Shown in pieces: positions 1 to 7,898 of a stretch of 26,524 nt of DNA. The stretch covers positions 1-26,524 of IMG/VR virus record IMGVR_UViG_3300048576_000508; one strand, written 5' to 3'. The translations under genes and the position numbers were made by a program. The first letter of the stretch is position 1. Each line of letters begins with the position of its first letter. This DNA comes from a virus. Taxonomy: Duplodnaviria; Caudoviricetes. The notes under the pieces are model-generated. The model was not told the DNA's origin, searched no databases, and worked only from the letters and a program-made list of their open reading frames with translations.

Positions 1-309
1 TCACAGCTCTCTCTCTATCTCAAATGCACGATCGGCAGTAAAGCTACTGCCGTCTCGATTCAAGGTGATGGCACACCTACGAACAATGCCTCGCCAAATA
101 GACCGCCTACCATGATATTCGACCACAGTTCCGGGCGGCACAAACAAACGGTGCGGGCCGGTGCAGGTAAACGTGGCTCGGTTGGAGCACACAGCATCGA
201 TCTCATTGCGGCCGCGCTCCACTGCTGCCGCGTCCGAGGTCAACAAGTTGTCGCTAATGTCGGCCCCCTGCTTGTCAGCTGGAGCGCGCTGGACGGTGAC
301 ACTGATCAT
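1..309 (-). CDS. Tail-tip protein, 102 aa, resembling a stand-alone C-terminal baseplate-hub/Tal domain
   Basis: ATGA overlap with the upstream gene. Pattern 'DNLLTSDAAAVERGRNEID...PPGTVV...WRGIV...IER' recalls the last beta-barrel of hub proteins. Function is inferred. Confidence 0.6.
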   Translation of the reverse strand: MISVTVQRAPADKQGADISDNLLTSDAAAVERGRNEIDAVCSNRATFTCTGPHRLFVPPGTVVEYHGRRSIWRGIVRRCAITLNRDGSSFTADRAFEIEREL

Positions 310-824
310 GCGGCCTCCATGTAGATATAAATAATGATCCGATAGATGTCGTCTTCTGTGGCAAGCACCAGCTGCGGCGGAATATATTGAAACAATCGTG
401 CCTCTATCGGAATCACCGCATCACAAGTGCATGGCGCCCCGCCGGCGATGGTCAGGGTGCGGCCATTCAGTTTCAAGCCGTATCCAGGAGACCCATACCA
501 GGTCAACGTTGGGAAAAAAGTGGAGTTATGCGACAGCTCTTGCTCGGTATTGATGTCCGGCCACGATAACTCTTGATCACGGCTACGACTGACTATTCCG
601 CAGTCAACAATTGTTCCAGAGTTCCCGGTGGGTAAAATTGCATCGATCCGCAAGGATGGGTCATGCTGGACCAAAAAAAATATGGAATCACCTGGCAGCC
701 ATGACGATTTAACCTCTCCAGCAGAATCAACATTGAGCACATCGTCAAATTCTGCCGTCACGAAGGCGGTAGAATCAGCACTCTCGCCAAACTGCACCAC
801 CAAGGTTGCACGTGGAGCCGTCAT
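306..824 (-). CDS. Tail-tip structural protein, 172 aa
   Basis: Coupled to both neighbours by ATGA overlaps, beta-rich sequence, weak similarity to the repeated domain of the upstream paralogues. Confidence 0.7.
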   Translation of the reverse strand: MTAPRATLVVQFGESADSTAFVTAEFDDVLNVDSAGEVKSSWLPGDSIFFLVQHDPSLRIDAILPTGNSGTIVDCGIVSRSRDQELSWPDINTEQELSHNSTFFPTLTWYGSPGYGLKLNGRTLTIAGGAPCTCDAVIPIEARLFQYIPPQLVLATEDDIYRIIIYIYMEAA

Positions 825-2770
825 TTGGACACCAACTGCAGTTGCTCAGTCTGCGCATTGATTACCCGCCACAGCAAACACCGGGTGGTATAGGTGATGG
901 TCAGCATAGACTCACCGCCAATGGCAGCCACCAGAGAGCCATCCTCGGACACTGTCACCGATCCAAGATTAACCTGCCCCCAGGACACGGCATCCCGGCT
1001 ATAGATCGGGTACTCCACCCGGCCAGACCCAGCCACCACCTCCACAGTCTCAGTGACCTGTCGTTCTTCCACGCCCAGCGGTTCAATCGTTACCCAGCTG
1101 CCGCCGGTATGATTCAGCGAAAAGTCACCAGTCCACGGTGTCTGGTAGCCGCGCACAAGCTTGGACCGAATAGACTCTGTCTCCTCTTCGAGACGCAGAC
1201 CATCGCTGCTGGATAGCTGATCGCCGATCAAAAATTTGTTGTAACCTGATTTCAGCTCAGGAGTCGATCCGGTAGTAAAACAGTCCAGGGTTTCCACCAG
1301 CGCAACGGCTGAAACATCACACAATCGATCCACCGAAACCGGATATTCAGGCGCAACCACCAACGATCCGTCAGGAAACGACTGAACCACTGCACCCACC
1401 GACGCCGCCAAAGTTTTAATCAAAGCCAGCGGAGTCTCACCTGTAGCAATCCAAGTCGCTGCCGGTAGCTCCCAATCCACAGTCTGCCAAGTGATCGGTA
1501 AAGTGCCAGCCAGCGAAGTCGCAACCTCCGATGCCAGCCCTGAAAGTTCGCCTTCAACCGTGGCGGCGTATGGTTCGCCTAGCAACACACCTCTACTCAT
1601 GGCGTCGACGACATATTGAGTGTTGCCGTGCTCCTCAGTAATGCGCGGGGAAGTAATGACAAACACAAAATTTTCGACGCCTGATCCGCTGGTGATGATT
1701 ACCTCCAACTCAGCACCCAAAACACACCGGAGATAATCGTCCTCAGCGCCGACATTAATCTCACAGCTCAATGTATCTTGATCTGATCCGGCTTCAATAT
1801 TGAGGTGATCCACGCTAATATCGCCGCCATCAACCCGCACAGAAAGCCCGTACTGCAGCACGCCATCACTCCCAGATCCAGCGACATCAAGACTATCAGC
1901 CTCAATCGCCCATCGTTGAGCCAGCTCAGCACGCAGTAAATCGCAATCCCGCAAGTCCCATCCTTGGAGCAGATCACCTCGCACCATATCAGCGGTGATT
2001 GCCCAGCGCTGTTCAATTTCTCCGGCCACCACGCCAAAAACATTCCATCCCTGCTCCAAGCAGGCCCGATTAATAAAAAACGAAGACCAACGTTGCAGCA
2101 AATCTGCTCGAATCGCCGTGGCATCGCCCCATGGCTGGTACACCACCGCACGTGCAGACAAAGCGTTACTCCACGTCTGCATCAAATCGGCCCCTGTCTT
2201 CCCCCCCCAAGGTTGTGCCAGTTCGCCCGACACCTGGGGAGAGTCTCCCCAGAGTTGCTGCAACTCCACGTGTACTGTCGCGCCGGCAGGAGTTTCTCCC
2301 TCAAGGCCTAAAAAACCGAGGACATTTGAGCTCGATGTCAAAAAACTTGCCGCATCGGCCTCGCCAGCGTAATTGCCAGACCGATGATATGCGCTATATC
2401 CGCTGGGAAATCCTCCCGCAAGATACACCTGCGAGGCAGCGCCGTAGAGAGACACCACCACAGCCCTCGACCCATCGACCACCAGCGAAACTGCATCACT
2501 GACATACGCCGAGTTGGTAATGGTAAAGGTGCCATCCCCTCCTTGCGTCAACCTGATCAGAGTTGCCGGGTCAATGTCATACGCTTCGCCGACAGTTGCC
2601 TGCAGCCCAATATAGGCGTCTGTGATGGTGTAGGACGTCGCCGCATGCTGAAACACCACCCGCACCGAGGTCGCGGTGACGATCAGAGACGCAGCAGCTA
2701 TGACGTGCCTCCGGGTATAGCCAGCCCCACCCAACGCTGTCCCCAAAGATACAGTGTACAGAGAATCCAT
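821..2770 (-). CDS. Multidomain tail-tip/hub protein, about 649 aa (N-terminal beta-sandwich, LxQxW repeats, hub-like core)
   Basis: Start moved from 2848 to ATG 2770 (GGAG RBS, TGATG overlap with the upstream stop). Core motif 'W..VDWELP...W...GETPLALIKTLAASVGAVVQSFPDGSLVVAPEYP' is typical of phage hub/Tal proteins. Confidence 0.7.
   Translation of the reverse strand: MDSLYTVSLGTALGGAGYTRRHVIAAASLIVTATSVRVVFQHAATSYTITDAYIGLQATVGEAYDIDPATLIRLTQGGDGTFTITNSAYVSDAVSLVVDGSRAVVVSLYGAASQVYLAGGFPSGYSAYHRSGNYAGEADAASFLTSSSNVLGFLGLEGETPAGATVHVELQQLWGDSPQVSGELAQPWGGKTGADLMQTWSNALSARAVVYQPWGDATAIRADLLQRWSSFFINRACLEQGWNVFGVVAGEIEQRWAITADMVRGDLLQGWDLRDCDLLRAELAQRWAIEADSLDVAGSGSDGVLQYGLSVRVDGGDISVDHLNIEAGSDQDTLSCEINVGAEDDYLRCVLGAELEVIITSGSGVENFVFVITSPRITEEHGNTQYVVDAMSRGVLLGEPYAATVEGELSGLASEVATSLAGTLPITWQTVDWELPAATWIATGETPLALIKTLAASVGAVVQSFPDGSLVVAPEYPVSVDRLCDVSAVALVETLDCFTTGSTPELKSGYNKFLIGDQLSSSDGLRLEEETESIRSKLVRGYQTPWTGDFSLNHTGGSWVTIEPLGVEERQVTETVEVVAGSGRVEYPIYSRDAVSWGQVNLGSVTVSEDGSLVAAIGGESMLTITYTTRCLLWRVINAQTEQLQLVSK
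1910..2266 (-). repeat. Nine degenerate protein repeats of about 14 aa, consensus (E/D)LxQxW
   Basis: ELQQLW, ELAQPW, DLMQTW, VVYQPW, DLLQRW, CLEQGW, EIEQRW, DLLQGW, ELAQRW, with Trp spacing 14,12,14,14,14,14,15,16. Confidence 0.9.
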
Positions 2771-3051
2771 CACGGCTCCATACGACTGAAATGACAACGC
2801 ACACACCCTATCACTATCATGCCAACCTGGCGGCTGCTGTGTGGCCAAAAAACCAGCCTGCCCTCACAGCCAAGTGCCGGACATGGACCATAATCATGAG
2901 ATGCCGGCGGCGCCGTCGCTCGTTTTTGGAATGTCCTGCGATCAATCTCAGCACGCAACATCAAAAGCAGCGTCTCCAAATCGCCACCGTGAGCAGAAAT
3001 CAATGCCAGCACGGTCTGTAAATCCCTGGTCGACCATGAATCCATTAGCAT
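2770..3051 (-). CDS. Small zinc-ribbon protein, 93 aa
   Basis: Start moved to ATG 3051 (GGAG RBS, overlaps the upstream stop). Helical N-terminus followed by CPALGC...CVRC. Confidence 0.75.
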   Translation of the reverse strand: MLMDSWSTRDLQTVLALISAHGGDLETLLLMLRAEIDRRTFQKRATAPPASHDYGPCPALGCEGRLVFWPHSSRQVGMIVIGCVRCHFSRMEP

Positions 3052-4910
3052 ATCCACTCCCACACTTTCAAAAATGGCGCAAACCAATATTGGTATACAT
3101 CTACCGCAGAACCACCATCTGGCTTTCCGCACGCCCCAATGCCTTGCGAGACCAGCGCTGCCACTCTCACCTCCCCGCCCGTCCCAGGTGCGTCGACCAT
3201 GACTGGGCTGGCGTCCCCAGTAGACGCCCACAAACCCAAATAATGCGATTCCCGGCAATATTCCCAAGTGGAGATTGCCGGCGGCGTGTCAACATTAGAA
3301 CCCACATACCACCGTCCCAAAAGAATGGATTTGTATCCAGGTTGATATGGATAACCGTACGAAGAACACAAAAACAATCCTGCGGATGATGCGTCTATCT
3401 CTCCATCCGGCCAAAATCCATCGCCGATAGGCGCCCACCGGCCCGCAGTGCAGCGAATGTATGCAGCCACGATCGTGCACCCGTCCGTGACCTCAATTCT
3501 TGCCGTGCCACAGGCAAGCGGCAGGGCAGACAACCTCGCCGTAGGCCAATTGGTGGTGATTTTTTTCGAACCATTGGAAAACTGGAATCCGGAGCCAATA
3601 ACTCGCCATTGGTATGAATACCGCCCTCCCCCCGTAACCGCGATAACGGCCGCACTATTAGGAGCCATCACCTCTGGAGAAATCTCCGTATCCCATGCCA
3701 GGGGTTCAACCCCGTCACAGCAGTTGCTTTGCGCAACCACCTGACGAGTAATATGCTTCCCGCAAATACCGCCGGCAGGGCTGACCGGAGTGAAACGAGT
3801 CAATGGTCCATACAAATCCCGCCAAAACTGCCGGCCGTTGACGATTTCCTGGCCGCCCCGGTAAGAGGTGGTTTTCTCATAGCACTGGGGAAGACTGTTC
3901 GGCGGATCTTCGCAACAGACCTTGCGGTAATAATCGGCGTTGCTTACCGCCCAGATGCGGCTGCTTCCGCTCACCTGGTTGTCTCCGCCGCACTCGACAT
4001 ACTCCTTGACCGTCTCTGAGCCCAACAGGGCCATGCAATCCTGTGCCCCCCCGGGGCAACTGGTCACCCACTCCGGACAATCCACAATCTGCTCGTAACT
4101 GTAGCTGTCCACCAGGTCTTTGGAACAACTGCAGAGCTGTTCCACCGTAATCGCCTTGTAACAGGTCACTCGATCATTCCCGGTAATCAGCCTCGCCGAC
4201 CCGCTGCAAAGCGATCGATCCATTTCAGCCGGATCAGGCAAGTCAGGCGTCATTTCTTCGGCCAATGCATGAAAAACCACCCTGACCAATGCCTCGCCCT
4301 GCTCACCATCCACCCCGTCGACCCTGATGGTTGCCAAGTCGTAGACCGTAAGAAATGAGGCCTGCATGGTCCCAGTGGCGTCATCAGTCCAATACAGGAC
4401 GTTGCCGACGCGCTTAATAATGGGCGTACTTCCAGAGGTTGTGACCAGATCGGATTGCCACGAAGCGGTAAACGCGCCCAGCACCGGATACTCCAGAATG
4501 ATTTCGGTCGCTCCGGACACGGCAATATTTTGGCTGATCTCCTCTTGAACCACTACGGTCTCAACCACCGAACCACCAGCCACATGCAACCGATAGGCCT
4601 CGGTCTGGTGGGAGCGAATCACCTTGATCTGCACTTCCACTGAACCATCGGAAGCCACGCCGCAGGCGGCCAGCTCCAAAGTCGCGCTGGCTGCAGAGGC
4701 CACATCTTCGGCGGTGAGCTCATCGTCGGTCTCGGCGGTCTCATTATCGGTGCAGGGATTGACCTGATAGAGAGCGTCGAGCAAATCGGCGGTCTCGCTC
4801 ACCGTGGCCACATCGTCAGTCACCGGGATTTGCTCCAGCCGCACCCACCAGGGATTGTCGGGGACATGCGGCCCGGCGTACACGGCTGCGAGAGATGCTG
4901 TCTGGCTCAT
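3045..4910 (-). CDS. Cys-rich tail-tip protein, 621 aa (paralogue 3)
   Basis: Long coupled ORF whose N-terminus 'SQTASLAAVYAGP...RLEQ' is shared with the two upstream genes. 23 Cys counted. Confidence 0.75.
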   Translation of the reverse strand: MSQTASLAAVYAGPHVPDNPWWVRLEQIPVTDDVATVSETADLLDALYQVNPCTDNETAETDDELTAEDVASAASATLELAACGVASDGSVEVQIKVIRSHQTEAYRLHVAGGSVVETVVVQEEISQNIAVSGATEIILEYPVLGAFTASWQSDLVTTSGSTPIIKRVGNVLYWTDDATGTMQASFLTVYDLATIRVDGVDGEQGEALVRVVFHALAEEMTPDLPDPAEMDRSLCSGSARLITGNDRVTCYKAITVEQLCSCSKDLVDSYSYEQIVDCPEWVTSCPGGAQDCMALLGSETVKEYVECGGDNQVSGSSRIWAVSNADYYRKVCCEDPPNSLPQCYEKTTSYRGGQEIVNGRQFWRDLYGPLTRFTPVSPAGGICGKHITRQVVAQSNCCDGVEPLAWDTEISPEVMAPNSAAVIAVTGGGRYSYQWRVIGSGFQFSNGSKKITTNWPTARLSALPLACGTARIEVTDGCTIVAAYIRCTAGRWAPIGDGFWPDGEIDASSAGLFLCSSYGYPYQPGYKSILLGRWYVGSNVDTPPAISTWEYCRESHYLGLWASTGDASPVMVDAPGTGGEVRVAALVSQGIGACGKPDGGSAVDVYQYWFAPFLKVWEWIC

Positions 4911-5716
4911 AAGCTGACCTGCTCAAAGCGGATAGCCAGCTTTTGACCGTCGCATTCGGAGTAATACACCACCGGCACAGTATCCTCGGGCTGGATAATC
5001 TTGCCGCTCGCGCGCTCATAGGCCAGATCTCCATCATCACAGGTCTCCAGCAAGGTTTCAAGACAACCCGGCAACTCCAAATCCTGCGACAGCGTCGATG
5101 TCTCGCCAGCTGCAACCCACTTGGCAGATACGGCCACATCAATGTCAGTAATTTTTTCCGCGCCCTTGTCAAAACGCAGCACCAGGGTGTGCAGCCAGCC
5201 CACAGCCGCGCAGCGAACGCGCAAAACGCCAACTATGTCGGCATCCACCGAAAGGGAAGACGCAGTGGCAGTGACCGTGGGTGAGGCAACCACATTGCTG
5301 CGAGCGTCCAGACACGGCATGTCCGACCAGGCCCAGGTCAGGGCAGAGGTGACAAAAGGCAACTGCACGGTTCGCTCGAAGTTGATCACCAGATCAAATT
5401 CCCGTTCCATCACCACAGGGATCCGCGCGCCCAACGATCCCTGATTGGCGTGCATGGTATAGGCGAGATCGAGCGGGACCGGCCAGGCCCACACGTCCAA
5501 CGGACACACCACCTGTCCGGCAACCACCGATGCCGGGCAGGAAGCAGGACGATAAGTCTTTGCCGAGAAGCCGCTGCGCACCAAAGCGAGCATGGCGATC
5601 AAGTCAGTAGTTGTGAGGCGATTGTCGACAACGGGTTCCTGCTCCAGGGTGAGCCGAGCAGCGGCAGCCGCCGAAGGTCCGGAGTAAACGGTTGATAGCG
5701 AGGCGATCTGGCTCAC
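4907..5716 (-). CDS. Tail-tip protein, 269 aa (paralogue 2)
   Basis: Start moved to GTG 5716 (GTGA overlap with the upstream stop, GGAG RBS), giving the N-terminus 'MSQIASLSTVYSGP...RLTLEQ'. Confidence 0.75.
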   Translation of the reverse strand: MSQIASLSTVYSGPSAAAAARLTLEQEPVVDNRLTTTDLIAMLALVRSGFSAKTYRPASCPASVVAGQVVCPLDVWAWPVPLDLAYTMHANQGSLGARIPVVMEREFDLVINFERTVQLPFVTSALTWAWSDMPCLDARSNVVASPTVTATASSLSVDADIVGVLRVRCAAVGWLHTLVLRFDKGAEKITDIDVAVSAKWVAAGETSTLSQDLELPGCLETLLETCDDGDLAYERASGKIIQPEDTVPVVYYSECDGQKLAIRFEQVSL

Positions 5717-6504
5717 TCGGTCCACTCCCGAATAATCTCCTGCTCGCAATAATCCACCTCGGTAATCAGATTGGCGGTCGTTGCTTCCGGAATAGAGTCA
5801 TCCTCATCAGGCCAGGTGGCTCCGCCATGCCAGGATGCGCCGCAGATTGCATCCGGATCCGCTGCAAAGGCCTCTGCGCCTGGCGGCATTTCCACCACCA
5901 ACACCACCGGCGCGAAACCGGGGACAGCCGCTGCCACCACTGCCGAATAATTGTTGTCCAGCGCGTCGGCCCGGCGAGGCGCATTAAGAATATAGGTGTG
6001 ACGCTCGCAGAGGTAGGTGGCCGAAACCGTCCCGTATACCACGGTCGCGCTGCGGATCGCTTGCCCATCGGTGGTCAGGGCAGGAGGGGCTACCAATTCG
6101 CCCAGGGCGTCCAAACACTCCACCGTCCACTCGACGGCCACGATCGCCCGGGCCGGGTATTTAGGTGACGCTGTATCCGCCAACCGAAACTGGACCAGCT
6201 CCGTAATCTCAATTATCTCCACGGATCGCTCAGACAACTCTCCATAACTGGCCAACAATCGGTAATTCAAATCTGCTTCCAGCGGATACGCGTAGATCGG
6301 GCAAATGAGAGCGTCGCCGGTCATACCGCAGTCAATCTTGGCGGTGTACTCTTCTTCCAGCACTGCAGCCGCCACCCAGCGCACCAGCTCCTGTTTGGTC
6401 ACCGTTCCGGTGTAGACCGACCATTCAGCCTGTTCCAGCACCAGCTTGGCGGCGGAGGTGGATGCAGGCCCGGCATAAATGGCGGAAAGCGACGCAATGG
6501 TCAT
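5713..6504 (-). CDS. Tail-tip protein, 263 aa (paralogue 1)
   Basis: ATG 6504 lies 2 nt after the upstream stop. N-terminus is 'MTIASLSAIYAGP...KLVLEQ'. Confidence 0.75.
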   Translation of the reverse strand: MTIASLSAIYAGPASTSAAKLVLEQAEWSVYTGTVTKQELVRWVAAAVLEEEYTAKIDCGMTGDALICPIYAYPLEADLNYRLLASYGELSERSVEIIEITELVQFRLADTASPKYPARAIVAVEWTVECLDALGELVAPPALTTDGQAIRSATVVYGTVSATYLCERHTYILNAPRRADALDNNYSAVVAAAVPGFAPVVLVVEMPPGAEAFAADPDAICGASWHGGATWPDEDDSIPEATTANLITEVDYCEQEIIREWTE

Positions 6505-6506
6505 AA

Positions 6507-7541
6507 TCAAACCGTCTCGATCTCAAGGCACAAAGTGATGCCGTCTCCGGCCATCGATCCGCAGGCCGGCGGAATGCATCGAAACTCATGAGTGGGGATT
6601 GCTGGTGGGTGGGTCTGAAACACCAGGGTGTAGCCCACCGGAATGGTGGTCAACCAGCCTGCAGCCTCCAAGGTAAAAAATGGTTTGGAGTTGGCGGGAT
6701 TCAATGGCGCGTAATCCGCGGCGGTCGATCCGGTGGCCAAGGCGCCTACAGTGTCGCCGGTGCAGGAAAATTGCGTGTCCGATAGGCGGGCGATGGTCCA
6801 GGTTTGTTCCGCCGTGCCGAGATTGTCGCCCACCACGGGATAATTGGCCTCGTCGTAAACAGTCCCGGTGGACTCGCTCCAGTTATCGACCACGCACTCC
6901 AGTTCTCCCGAGGCAGGATAGTAGACCGAGAACACCACGCAGCCGGTAGTGTAATCGGTCGATGCCCCGGCAGTGTAGGCATTGGCCACCCCAGGAGAAG
7001 GGAGAGTGATGGTCACTTGCAAGCCGCTGACCGCAACAGCGGTTGGAACAAACTCCTCCTCGGTCCCAATGGTCGAGGTGGGCAGCAATTTGTTGGTGAT
7101 CCGGATCGGCCGACCCACCGCGAAGCAACTGGTAAGATCAGCGTGCTTGACATTCACCACCAGGACTGTAGCCCCGCTGGCTACCGAGGTCGCCAGCAGA
7201 CCAGCGCCATAGCGGGCCTCGCTGCCGGTCAAATCGCCCCGAGTGCTGCGCTGGGTGCCAATTACCTTATAACACCAGGCTTGGCTGGGATTGGGCCGAA
7301 ACAAATACTGCAGTGGCGCAAAGCCGGTTTCGTCGGCGTCGTTGCAATTGCGCCAAAAGATCTTCCGATGATCGGGGTTGGCCAGATTACCCGCCAGCCG
7401 CGTCGACCGGAACACGTGCGGGAACGTGCACTGCAGCGCGCCGCTGGTGATTTGATCAAACGATATCCGGCCGCCAGAGGAAGAGCCGTTGCTCATGTCG
7501 GCGGCGTAAAACGCCTTGAGATCCGTGGCGGAAATGGCCAT
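6507..7541 (-). CDS. Virion tail structural protein, 344 aa
   Basis: Motifs 'MAI...DLK.F...S....GGR' and 'G...G....G....D.AP.NP...PFFTL...GW' as remembered from siphophage minor tail proteins. Located after the Dit-like gene. Confidence 0.7.
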   Translation of the reverse strand: MAISATDLKAFYAADMSNGSSSGGRISFDQITSGALQCTFPHVFRSTRLAGNLANPDHRKIFWRNCNDADETGFAPLQYLFRPNPSQAWCYKVIGTQRSTRGDLTGSEARYGAGLLATSVASGATVLVVNVKHADLTSCFAVGRPIRITNKLLPTSTIGTEEEFVPTAVAVSGLQVTITLPSPGVANAYTAGASTDYTTGCVVFSVYYPASGELECVVDNWSESTGTVYDEANYPVVGDNLGTAEQTWTIARLSDTQFSCTGDTVGALATGSTAADYAPLNPANSKPFFTLEAAGWLTTIPVGYTLVFQTHPPAIPTHEFRCIPPACGSMAGDGITLCLEIETV

Positions 7542-7544
7542 TTT

Positions 7545-7898
7545 TTAAACCTCGATAAGAGTGATGGACCCGCTGCACAGGGCGGCGGCGGGAGGATTGG
7601 CGTAATTACGGGTGAGGCTGACATCAGCGGTCGAACTGATCACCGCTTTGAACGTTCCGCGATGGTGCACCAGCTCCACAGTGGCAGCAATGGATTCCAG
7701 AGCGCGGATCTGTTCGACCTGGCTGAGAGTCCAGTGATTTATGCCGGCCAGGGTAAGCACTCGCCCGCCGGAACTGCCGTCCGCCTGCACGCAGGAGGCC
7801 CCGCCTATCAATCGGCGCTGACTGATCGCGGCCGCAGCCGGGCCAATGTCAAGCGTCAAATGGTCGGAAAGGGCGATTCCGCCCAACGATACGGTCAT
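7545..7898 (-). CDS. Distal tail (Dit/lambda gpM-like) protein, 117 aa
   Basis: Directly follows the tape measure gene with an ATGA overlap. Size and pattern 'RR..GG...VQ.....GR.LTL....W...L.LIEV' fit. Confidence 0.6.
   Translation of the reverse strand: MTVSLGGIALSDHLTLDIGPAAAAISQRRLIGGASCVQADGSSGGRVLTLAGINHWTLSQVEQIRALESIAATVELVHHRGTFKAVISSTADVSLTRNYANPPAAALCSGSITLIEV

Noticed and set aside
3052-3267. N-terminal extension of the 165-aa ORF (and 2771-2848 of the 675-aa ORF)
   Set aside because: Overlaps upstream coding sequence. RBS and stop/start coupling support the shorter starts.
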